Shown here: piece after piece, positions 9,067 to 17,319 of the stretch
Layout: every line of letters begins with the position of its first letter
How positions within the stretch are numbered: position 1 is the first letter of the stretch
Source: a virus
IMG/VR virus record: IMGVR_UViG_3300032675_001827
Span: 10,605-74,604 of that record
Strand: one strand, 5' to 3'
DNA length: 64,000 nucleotides
Position numbers and translations under genes: made by a program
Notes under the pieces: model-generated
What the model saw: the letters and a program-made list of their open reading frames with translations, nothing else
What the model was told of the DNA's origin: nothing
Databases searched by the model: none

Positions 9067-9891
9067 ATGACTGATAATACAGCGTTAGGTGATCGTATGA
9101 AGGAATACGAATCCTATGAAACAAATAGAAAGTTCATGCCTGGACTACCAATCTACGCACGGGTAGACGGTCGCGGATTTTCTAGATTCACAAGAGGCAT
9201 GGAACGGCCCTATGACATTCGTATGAGTAATGCAATGATCGAAACAACCAAAGTGTTGGTTGAACAAACGCATGCTACTATCGGCTATACTCAAAGCGAT
9301 GAAATTTCATTGGTATGGATCCCTAATGAACACGGGCACAATTGGTTTGACGGTAAAGTAATGAAAATGACCAGTGTGCTGGCAGGTCTAGCAACTGCTG
9401 CGTTTGGCCAGGCAATTTTGCTGGAATTCAGCAACATGCACGGTCTTCCTTTGTTGCAAAAAATGCCTCACTTTGATACCCGTGTGATCAGCATGCCTAG
9501 TGAGATTGAAGCTGCTAACATGTTGCTGTGGCGAAATCAGGATTGCGCAAAAAATAGCATAACAATGGCAGCAAGCTCTCTTTACAGTCATAAAGAACTT
9601 CAAGGTAAGAATTCAGCTAACAAGCACGACATGCTATTCGACAAGGGCATAAATTGGTCAACCGACTATCCGTATTTCTTTAAGCGTGGGACATTTGTTA
9701 GACGACGCTCTGTTGAAAGATTGTTGGCCGAACACGAGTTGAATTCTATACCAGAAGAATATCGACCTGCATCAAATGAGAGAGTTGTTAGATCAACGGT
9801 TGACCCGTACGATCTACCTCCACTTTCTAAAATAGAAAATTTAGTCCCTGTGTTGTTCAAGGATGCTGACCCTGTGTTACGATCTGGGTAA
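9067..9891 (+). CDS. thg1: tRNA(His) guanylyltransferase Thg1-like protein (3'-5' polymerase)
   Basis: RMKEYE, ARVDGRGFSRFT, YTQSDEISL, FDGK..K..S, FDTR, WRNQD..KNSI, FKRG. Confidence 0.9.
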   Translation: MTDNTALGDRMKEYESYETNRKFMPGLPIYARVDGRGFSRFTRGMERPYDIRMSNAMIETTKVLVEQTHATIGYTQSDEISLVWIPNEHGHNWFDGKVMKMTSVLAGLATAAFGQAILLEFSNMHGLPLLQKMPHFDTRVISMPSEIEAANMLLWRNQDCAKNSITMAASSLYSHKELQGKNSANKHDMLFDKGINWSTDYPYFFKRGTFVRRRSVERLLAEHELNSIPEEYRPASNERVVRSTVDPYDLPPLSKIENLVPVLFKDADPVLRSG

Positions 9892-10620
9892 CACAGGGTA
9901 ATACAATCTTCTTTCAATCCATCCGTCGCCTGGATGCTTAAATGATATTTTATTTGTTATACCATTATTATACCATTTTCGACCAACTCGTGCATGACTT
10001 AGTTTTCTTTTAGATTCTGTTGTGTGTGGCGTACCAGATCTACCTTTTAGTTTGCTCGGTTTACCTTTTTTCGCAAAACTTATCTTTGCACATCTCTCTG
10101 CGATCCATATCTGATTTTTACCCGCATCTCGTATTTTTTCAATGGTTTCTGGTGTATGACGTTGTAGACCAATCTTACCTTTATTCCACGGAACAGATCC
10201 TAATTTTAATTGAGATATTTTAGCACACGTTTCGGCAGTTACAACTCGGTTACGTTTTGCAACAGACATCTTGTGTTTTGTTTCGTTGGATATAGGCGCA
10301 TCTCGCCTGAAAGCTACCCCTCTAATATTTCCGTTTAGCCATTTTGGGTCTTGTAACACTTTCATCCGGCGTAATACTTTTTCTTCCCAGATAATTGCGT
10401 CGTTGGGTGTGTCAAACTCGCGTCGAATTTCAAATAGAAATGCTGAATCTCCGTATTTTTTTCTTAATTTTGCTATTTTCTTACTACTGGTAAAGTAATG
10501 AATCCAAAAATCTTGCTTTGCCTGTAGACGATTTCGCCATCTTACCCCATAATAGTATTGATTTGTTGGAATACACTTCAACAGGTATGTATAAGGTCTA
10601 GGACCTGCATAAGTAGTCAT
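9877..10620 (-). CDS. Free-standing GIY-YIG-type (Seg-like) homing endonuclease with NUMOD3-like repeats
   Basis: PYTYLL...YYYGVR, YFTSSK, E..VL, WLN; repeated HT.E.K.K(I/L)S motifs; C-terminal KWYNNG. Confidence 0.8.
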   Translation of the reverse strand: MTTYAGPRPYTYLLKCIPTNQYYYGVRWRNRLQAKQDFWIHYFTSSKKIAKLRKKYGDSAFLFEIRREFDTPNDAIIWEEKVLRRMKVLQDPKWLNGNIRGVAFRRDAPISNETKHKMSVAKRNRVVTAETCAKISQLKLGSVPWNKGKIGLQRHTPETIEKIRDAGKNQIWIAERCAKISFAKKGKPSKLKGRSGTPHTTESKRKLSHARVGRKWYNNGITNKISFKHPGDGWIERRLYYPVLPRS

Positions 10621-10687
10621 GTGCTGTTGCTCCTTTCAAGCAATAGAGTGGTCGGAGAGTGCGAATCTCGTGGACCACACTTATTTA
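10621..10687 (-). promoter_or_regulatory. Late promoter plus structured 5' leader of the homing endonuclease
   Basis: On the minus strand: TAAATA, stem GTGGTC/GACCAC enclosing GAGA/TCTC, then TTGCT-TGAAAGG-AGCAA pairing into the SD AAGGAG, then ATG. Confidence 0.65.
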
Positions 10688-10709
10688 GCTCTATAGTCTG
10701 CAGGATAAC

Positions 10710-11030
10710 ATGGCCACTAGGCACTATTACAGCCACAAAGATATGCATCTTAAGAATCAAGCTGTCATGAATGAAATGCTTTTTGCCAAGGGAGTTAATT
10801 TTAACGACTATCCTACTTTTTTCAAAAGAGGTACATGGGTTCGAAGAGTAACTGAAGAACGGATTCTCACAGCCGAGGAATTGGATAGAATTCCTGAGAA
10901 ATATCGCCATATGTCAACAGAATTGCATTTACGGAGTAAGATGGTAGATTTTGATTTGCCTCCTCTTAATAAAATTGCCAACCTAAGGGATTTGCTCTTT
11001 TATAGTAAATCTATCGTTAACAAAACCTAA
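10710..11030 (+). pseudogene. Displaced second copy of the Thg1 C-terminal third (frame still open)
   Basis: Aligns by eye at about 50% identity to Thg1 from Met at 9565: YSHK, MLF.KG.N, DYP.FFKRGT.VRR, IPE.YR, DLPPL.KI.NL. Confidence 0.85.
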
Positions 11031-11040
11031 GGAAAATAAC

Positions 11041-11229
11041 ATGAAGACAATGCTATTAATGTTTATGACACTAAACGGAAACCCTGTTGGACCAACAGAA
11101 TACATTTTACCTGTATCTGATTCATGCAGGTCAGAACTTAATTATATCAAAGGTATTAATCAAGTATACGAACAAGGAAAAACTGGCATGTTTATCTATG
11201 CCAGTTGCGAACCTGTTAAAATCAAATGA
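11041..11229 (+). CDS. Small hypothetical protein
   Basis: SD AAGGA; 62 aa. Confidence 0.6.
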   Translation: MKTMLLMFMTLNGNPVGPTEYILPVSDSCRSELNYIKGINQVYEQGKTGMFIYASCEPVKIK

Positions 11230-11453
11230 TTACAATTTCAAACGATCGACCGGATTGGTGTCACATCTCTGTTACTGACACATAGGGCGGCAAGAATATT
11301 CATGTGACATGGAGTTTGGAACTTGAACAAATAATTCAATGGGCTAAAAAGAAAATGCAGTATGAAAAACAGGAAATAGCTGTGCGAGAAAATAACCCTG
11401 CACTGAATGATGCGTGGGAAACCTATCAAACGCTCTATAAATTGATTAGGTAA
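11226..11453 (+). CDS. Small phage protein interrupted by an in-frame TAG at codon 20 (missed by the ORF track)
   Basis: ATGA-coupled start: MITISNDRPDWCHISVTDT*GGKNIHVTWSLELEQIIQWAKKKMQYEKQEIAVRENNPALNDAWETYQTLYKLIR. The TAG is at 11283-11285. Confidence 0.6.
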
Positions 11454-11525
11454 AAATAACATACCTGCCTGGTATTGCATTTTATGTTGCAATGCAGCAT
11501 AAATAATCTACTAGGGAGACTAGGT

Positions 11526-11627
11526 ATGTTAAAGAAATGGTTCAAATGTTTTATCACTGCGGTTATCACAGCACAACAAGCCAGAGCCGATAAGGTGATA
11601 CAAGAAGGACGCCTTTTTGTTTTTTAG
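11526..11627 (+). CDS. 33-aa small protein (MLKKWFKCFITAVITAQQARADKVIQEGRLFVF)
   Basis: TAAATA at 11500-11505 and SD AGGGAG upstream. Confidence 0.55.
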   Translation: MLKKWFKCFITAVITAQQARADKVIQEGRLFVF

Positions 11628-11634
11628 ATTTTGA

Positions 11635-11662
11635 TTGACCTTGTGTATTACTGTGCTATATT
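11635..11662 (+). promoter_or_regulatory. sigma70-type promoter of rIIA
   Basis: TTGACC-16 nt-(TGC)TATATT. Confidence 0.65.
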
Positions 11663-11692
11663 GACTGCATAGACAACATACACAAGGATGTA

Positions 11693-13834
11693 ATGATGAA
11701 GATTAACGCGACAGAAACGGCAATTGTCGAGCGCAATGGTATTGCATCTGATGGTGCATTTACTATTCAGTTCAATGCCAAAATGGCTAAGATCCTCAGC
11801 GATGGTCTTTACAGCGATAAAATTCAAAGCATCATTCGCGAACTTACCTGCAATGCTATTGACAGTCATGTTGAAGCCGGCAAGGCAGATGAACCAATCG
11901 AAGTCCATCTTCCTACCATTTTTGAACCATGGTTTTATGTGCGAGATTTTGGCGTAGGACTTGATCACGAGCAGGTGATTAAGATTTATACCTGCTATGG
12001 AGCATCTACAAAAACAAATTCAAATGAATTTATTGGACAGCTTGGGCTAGGCAGCAAGAGTCCGTTCTCATATGTAGATGCCTTTGACGTTACAGCACGT
12101 AAAAACGGCATTGAACGGCAGTATTCAATGTATAAAAATGAAGAGGGCATGCCTAGCGTTGCTCTTTTGCACGAATCTTCTACAACAGAACCCAACGGCA
12201 TTACTGTCAAAATGCCTGTCATTAATGGGGATTACAACCGATTTATTGACAAAGCCAGGCAGGTATTTCGCTGGCTGTCAGTTAAGCCTCTTGTAACAGG
12301 TGTTAGTGAGTTTTCTGTTATGCCTGTTGAAAACATGTGGGAAGGTGATGGGTGGGCTGTTCGTCGCAAGAGTATTGACAGCTACTACAATTCAAGTGCT
12401 AATTTTGCTGTTGCACTTATGGGAAAAGTTGCATACCCTATTGCAAGTAATAGTATTTCAAATCTAACCGATGTGCAGCGAGCTGCGTTGTCGTTACCTA
12501 TCACGTTGACGTTTGATATTGGCGAACTTGACGTGGCCGCCAGTCGTGAAGCACTTGGCTATAATGCCTATACTCAACAAAATATCAAAAACAAGCTTGA
12601 TGTAGTGGTGCGCGAGATTGGTAAGGTATTTGAGGAAAAGGTTTCTAACGCCAAAACTGAATGGGAGGCACGAGAGCTCTTTGGAAGGATTTTTGATCGA
12701 AGCACTGGCTTTCGTCATGAACTGGAAACAATTTATGGCAAACAAGGTCTAAATTGGCGAGGAATCGTAATTAAAAACAATTATATCGAACTTGATACCA
12801 GTGAGCTATGGGATAAAAGTATTACTCCCGGAGTATACAGTTTTCTTGGTGGTTACAAGAACCTGCGACAGTTCACCTATCATGATAAAATTGCTTTTCG
12901 GTGTTCCAGCCAGATTCGGATTGTATTTGATGACATGCCTGTTGGCGGCAAAAACCGCATGAAATATTTGCGTGAATGTGTAGGCCCTGATCCGGATATC
13001 TTCTATTTGGAACCAAGCCCGCTCAAAACTGTTGAAGAAGTCGCTGCAATGCTTGGTAATGCACCTTACACGTTTACCAGTATGCTTCCTAAGAAGCCGG
13101 CTGAAAAGCGGGAACGTGTGCACATGCTGCGGTTTACTGGTTATGATAAAGCAAAGAAGGCTTGGGCGCCCGTTGATATTGAAATTGATGACGGCGGATT
13201 TTATGTGCAACTGTCACATTACGATGTGATGGACGGTGAGCAGGTTCATAGCAATTTTGAGAGCACAATTCAATGGGCACAAAAATGCGGAATTATCTCA
13301 AGCGATACTGTCATTTATGCTCCTCGATATGGATTGAAGAATAAAGTTGCTGAACACGACGATTGGGTTGAATTTTTTGGCTGGTTGCGTAATCAAATCA
13401 CGCAGAAGCTCAGTGTAAAAGTTGCACAAATCGCCGCAGACAGTCATGAATATAGGCAATTTACCGCAAATATGCGTGACAAAACGCTTTGGCAGTCGCA
13501 TATGCAACTTGTCACAGCCAACAGCCTGTTTGCCAGGTTTAGATCAGCAATGATGCTGCTTGAAGCGAAACATCAACAAGCAGATAAAAACGAAGCACTT
13601 GTTTCTCTAGCACTACGGTTTGGGCATGATACCAACAAAGTTCCGCCAAGCGAAAATGTCCATCAACTGTGGGAAATGATCAAACAAGTTTATCCTATGT
13701 TGCCATTGGCACTAGATCGGTATGGCTATTCAGCATATGGCAATAATCAGCACGTTATCAACTATATCAACATGGTTGATAAAATGACTGAAGTTTCTAT
13801 AGAAACAGCAGTGTCAGACGTAATTAACGCTTGA
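11693..13834 (+). CDS. rIIA: rIIA-like protein (N-terminal GHKL/Hsp90-type ATPase)
   Basis: LYSDKI..IIREL.CNA.DSH, VRDFGVGL, YGASTK, IGQLGLGSKSPFSY, SREAL.Y; lies next to rIIB. Confidence 0.88.
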   Translation: MMKINATETAIVERNGIASDGAFTIQFNAKMAKILSDGLYSDKIQSIIRELTCNAIDSHVEAGKADEPIEVHLPTIFEPWFYVRDFGVGLDHEQVIKIYTCYGASTKTNSNEFIGQLGLGSKSPFSYVDAFDVTARKNGIERQYSMYKNEEGMPSVALLHESSTTEPNGITVKMPVINGDYNRFIDKARQVFRWLSVKPLVTGVSEFSVMPVENMWEGDGWAVRRKSIDSYYNSSANFAVALMGKVAYPIASNSISNLTDVQRAALSLPITLTFDIGELDVAASREALGYNAYTQQNIKNKLDVVVREIGKVFEEKVSNAKTEWEARELFGRIFDRSTGFRHELETIYGKQGLNWRGIVIKNNYIELDTSELWDKSITPGVYSFLGGYKNLRQFTYHDKIAFRCSSQIRIVFDDMPVGGKNRMKYLRECVGPDPDIFYLEPSPLKTVEEVAAMLGNAPYTFTSMLPKKPAEKRERVHMLRFTGYDKAKKAWAPVDIEIDDGGFYVQLSHYDVMDGEQVHSNFESTIQWAQKCGIISSDTVIYAPRYGLKNKVAEHDDWVEFFGWLRNQITQKLSVKVAQIAADSHEYRQFTANMRDKTLWQSHMQLVTANSLFARFRSAMMLLEAKHQQADKNEALVSLALRFGHDTNKVPPSENVHQLWEMIKQVYPMLPLALDRYGYSAYGNNQHVINYINMVDKMTEVSIETAVSDVINA

Positions 13835-13858
13835 CATTAACATAAACACTGCTACACT
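13831..13858 (+). promoter_or_regulatory. sigma70-type promoter of rIIB
   Basis: TTGACA-16 nt-(TGC)TACACT, then SD AAAGGAG. Confidence 0.65.
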
Positions 13859-13893
13859 TACAACGCAACAACAGCTCAAAGGAGAGCAACACA

Positions 13894-15057
13894 ATGACAA
13901 TTACTGCAAGTATCGTTGGGCCTACGTTTGTTACCGTCATGGTAAACGGACAAACCCATACTATCAATTCAGATCATGCGAATTACAATAAAATTCGTGA
14001 AGCACTGAAAACCAAAGATCTTGATTTGGTTGAAAAGCTTATTAACGTAGCGAAGGCTGTAACAAAATACGTAGCTGGGCGAGTTACTGTAGTCGGCGAT
14101 AAGGTCATGTACGGCGACCATGAAGTCAAAGGCAGTGTTGTGCAGCGCATCATTGCCATGCTAAATGAAGGATTTGATGCAGAGCCAGTTATCAAGTTTC
14201 TTGAAAATCTCATGTCTAATCCATCTAAGCGTGCAGTTGACGAGCTTTACGGCTTCCTAGAAGCAACATCACTGCCTATTACCGAAGATGGTTGTTTCCT
14301 TGCTTACAAGAAGGTAAACAATGATTACATGGATTTCTATACCAGGCGTATTAGCAACAAGCTAGCAAGTCTTATGTCTCCACAAGAGCTTGCTGCACTA
14401 CCAGTTACTGTGGGCAATGTCACTACTGAAGTTGTAAATGGTGTAACCACACTAAGTATGCCTCGCAATCAAGTGGATGACGAGCGTGATCGCACTTGCT
14501 CATATGGTCTGCATTTTTGCAGTCTTTCATATTTGCCACATTATCACGGTGGTGCCGGCTGTGTTCTAATTGTAAAAATTAATCCAGCGGATGTTGTTAG
14601 TATTCCATCGGATTACAACAATGCAAAAGGACGCACATGTCGCTATGAAGTAATCGGTGAACATACTTCAGAATACTCCGAAGCCTGGACAAAGCCAGTA
14701 TGGGTAGATTCAACTGATGATCTTGACGATGACATCGGTGAAGATGAAGATGATCAGTTTGATAATGGATATGATGCTGGCCAGTTAGCTGCTGAAAATG
14801 CAAGTAATGCTCTCAGCGCATATGACGCTACACCTCCTTCTGGTAGTTCTACAAGTTTTGTAAGGGGTTACGTAGAAGGCTATGCCGGTAATTATCGTGT
14901 TGACTGGTATGATGTTGGTTATGCAGCAGGTCAAGACGATGTAAATGATTCTAACAGTTACGAAGATTTGGTACCAGCTGCATGCGATGACTCAAATCAG
15001 TATCGCGAAGGCTATGCAGATGGCTGGCGTGATGCTAAAGTTGAAAAACTAGGTTGA
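13894..15057 (+). CDS. rIIB: rIIB-like protein with an acidic C-terminal Y..GY..G repeat tail
   Basis: NPSKRAVDELYGFL, ITEDGCFLAYK, CSYGLH, KINPADVVSIPSDYNNAKGRTCRY. Confidence 0.88.
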   Translation: MTITASIVGPTFVTVMVNGQTHTINSDHANYNKIREALKTKDLDLVEKLINVAKAVTKYVAGRVTVVGDKVMYGDHEVKGSVVQRIIAMLNEGFDAEPVIKFLENLMSNPSKRAVDELYGFLEATSLPITEDGCFLAYKKVNNDYMDFYTRRISNKLASLMSPQELAALPVTVGNVTTEVVNGVTTLSMPRNQVDDERDRTCSYGLHFCSLSYLPHYHGGAGCVLIVKINPADVVSIPSDYNNAKGRTCRYEVIGEHTSEYSEAWTKPVWVDSTDDLDDDIGEDEDDQFDNGYDAGQLAAENASNALSAYDATPPSGSSTSFVRGYVEGYAGNYRVDWYDVGYAAGQDDVNDSNSYEDLVPAACDDSNQYREGYADGWRDAKVEKLG

Positions 15058-15065
15058 TCCAAGCA

Positions 15066-15104
15066 ACTGGCATGTCAGACAAAAAACTAATCTGGCATGC
15101 CAGT
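15066..15104 (+). promoter_or_regulatory. 14-bp stem-loop just upstream of the lpxC start codon
   Basis: ACTGGCATGTCAGA / TCTGGCATGCCAGT (one G-U pair); ATG at 15108. Confidence 0.6.
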
Positions 15105-15107
15105 ACA

Positions 15108-15968
15108 ATGGTTACTAGACAACAAACTATTAAAAATCCAATATGGTGTTGCGGCAACGGGTTGCATTCTGGAGAGAATACTAGAGTGCAACTTTGTCCT
15201 GCTAAAGAAAATACAGGAATTGTGTTCCATGTTATGGAACATCATGATATCAAAGGAATAATTCCTGCTAGTATTTCATCTATAAAATCTGGACAGTTTA
15301 GAACTGTTTTACAGAATGGCAACCATTCAGTACAAACTACCGAACACTTGCTTGCAGCAATTTCTGCTTTTGGAATTTCAAATTTAATAATCGAAGTATG
15401 GGGTAATGAAATACCCATACACAACGGAAGTGCCAATGCATGGACATTGCTTATCGAAATGGCAGGAATTGTTGAGCAACAGGAAATAGTTCCAAAAATT
15501 CGTATATTGAGGACCATTGAAGTAGATGATAAAAATGGATGGTGTAAATTTATACCTTATCCACATTTTGAAATTGAATATCATTTGAACTACACTTGTC
15601 AGCCAATTGGTGTTCAACACTTTAAAATTGTACCGAACAAAAAGAATTTTGTAGAACAAATAGCAGATGCGAAAACGTTTGGACTGCTATCAGATTATCA
15701 TATCCTACTTGAAAAAAATCTAAGTAACGGTTCTAATCTGCAAAATACTTTGGTATTTACGGAGACAGGACTATTAAATCCACATATGTCTAAATGGGAT
15801 AACGAACCTGTGCGACATAAAATACTAGATGCTATAGGTGACCTTTCGTTAATTGGAAAACCAGTAATTGGAAAATTTATAGGACATCAAAGCGGGCATT
15901 GTTTAAATTTAAGATTAGCTGAAAAATTGATCAACAGTAGTTCAAATTGGATGTTGGAAGACTGTTAA
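15108..15968 (+). CDS. lpxC: UDP-3-O-acyl-N-acetylglucosamine deacetylase
   Basis: RQQTI, GNGLHSG, TGIVF, TTEHLLAA (Zn His), EIPIHNGSA, AKTFG, HKILDAIGDL signature, GH..N. Confidence 0.9.
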   Translation: MVTRQQTIKNPIWCCGNGLHSGENTRVQLCPAKENTGIVFHVMEHHDIKGIIPASISSIKSGQFRTVLQNGNHSVQTTEHLLAAISAFGISNLIIEVWGNEIPIHNGSANAWTLLIEMAGIVEQQEIVPKIRILRTIEVDDKNGWCKFIPYPHFEIEYHLNYTCQPIGVQHFKIVPNKKNFVEQIADAKTFGLLSDYHILLEKNLSNGSNLQNTLVFTETGLLNPHMSKWDNEPVRHKILDAIGDLSLIGKPVIGKFIGHQSGHCLNLRLAEKLINSSSNWMLEDC

Positions 15969-15979
15969 ATAATTGCGCT

Positions 15980-16546
15980 ATGACTCCTCATCCTGATTAT
16001 TGTTATAAAACCAATATAAACATAGACAACGCTTTTAAACCAGATTGGGTTCTGCCTGGTGCCGGTAATGTCAACGGAGTTTGGACATTTAATGCGCAGC
16101 AAATATTTCAATCAGAATGGCTGGACTATATGAAAAATATAGGGTATCCGGTTGAGTTTGTTCTTGTGTTTTATAGACCAGCTGGCTTTCAACATGCAAG
16201 TGCGCATGTAGACATTACTGACAAACAAGTTGAAGTAGCTGCATTAAACTGGATCATTGGCGGTAGAGATAGTGTAATGAAATGGTACCGTGGTGATCAG
16301 AAAGATTATGAACTAAGATACACTGAAAACCGTATACCATTTGTTTATATACCTTTTGATAGAATTACTGAGCAGCACAGCACTAATATAAATGGTGTAG
16401 TAAGTTTAGTACGTGTCGACGTTCCCCACGCAATTTTTTTAGATCATGAACCACGTTGGTGTATTAGTCTAAGAAATACGCAGCCACGTAGTTCATGGGA
16501 AGAAACTGTAGAATTTTTCAAAATACTAAATTTATTAGTGGACTAA
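15980..16546 (+). CDS. Hypothetical protein, possible cupin/2OG-oxygenase-like fold
   Basis: HVD...ALNW...VDVPH.I...RWCISLR; TAAATA 8 nt upstream of the ATG. Confidence 0.5.
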   Translation: MTPHPDYCYKTNINIDNAFKPDWVLPGAGNVNGVWTFNAQQIFQSEWLDYMKNIGYPVEFVLVFYRPAGFQHASAHVDITDKQVEVAALNWIIGGRDSVMKWYRGDQKDYELRYTENRIPFVYIPFDRITEQHSTNINGVVSLVRVDVPHAIFLDHEPRWCISLRNTQPRSSWEETVEFFKILNLLVD

Positions 16547-16605
16547 TTTGATTTTATCTCCTTGATAATTTTATAATTAATAATGTAAGATTACAAGGAT
16601 TTAGA

Positions 16606-17319
16606 ATGAATATTGATCAACGTCAATTAGACTACTTGCGCACATTACGTATACATTTTTGCATACCTTGTTATGGCGGTATGCTAAATGAATGTTTTTT
16701 TATTAGCATGCTAAAGTTCATGGCAGCAGCTAATCAATTGCATTTACAATTTACAATTGACACAATGGTCAATGAAAGCCTAATTCCCCGAGGGCGTAAT
16801 AGTTTGGTAGCTAAATTTCTAGCATTTGAACCAAAAAGCACCCACCTTATGTTTATTGATAGCGATATCGGGTTTGAGCCAGAAGAAGTGATAAAACTAA
16901 TGTTAGCTCAGAAAGATGTTGCTGGAGGACTTTATCCAAAAAAGGCTCTTCCGGTGCAGTATGTGGTGAACAAAATTCCAAACAGTTCAAAAGAAGGCAA
17001 TTTAGTTGAAGTTGCTAATCTTGGTACAGGATTTATGTTAATTAAACGTGAAGTTATTGAAACACTAATTCGTGCAAAACCAGAACTACATTATCAAGAT
17101 GCGATTGGTCTTGACGAAAAATATTCACCTTATAAATATGCTTTGTTCGATACTCTTATCGATCCTGTAACAAAGGAGTATTTAAGTGAAGACTATTATT
17201 TCTGTAAATTGTGGAGAGAGATGGGAGGAAAAATCTGGGCAGATCTTACCATCAAACTTGATCACGCAGGATACTACAAGTTCGGAGGAGATGCAACACA
17301 ACTTGCTCCTCACCTGTGA
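16606..17319 (+). CDS. Phage glycosyltransferase-like protein (GT-A fold)
   Basis: PCYGG, NESLIPRGRN, HLMFIDSDI (DxD), GTGFMLIKR, SEDYYFC. Confidence 0.7.
   Translation: MNIDQRQLDYLRTLRIHFCIPCYGGMLNECFFISMLKFMAAANQLHLQFTIDTMVNESLIPRGRNSLVAKFLAFEPKSTHLMFIDSDIGFEPEEVIKLMLAQKDVAGGLYPKKALPVQYVVNKIPNSSKEGNLVEVANLGTGFMLIKREVIETLIRAKPELHYQDAIGLDEKYSPYKYALFDTLIDPVTKEYLSEDYYFCKLWREMGGKIWADLTIKLDHAGYYKFGGDATQLAPHL

Noticed and set aside
10621-10687. HDV-like (theta) ribozyme in the HEG leader
   Set aside because: I could not build the required P2 and P1.1 pseudoknot pairings; kept only as a generic structured leader.
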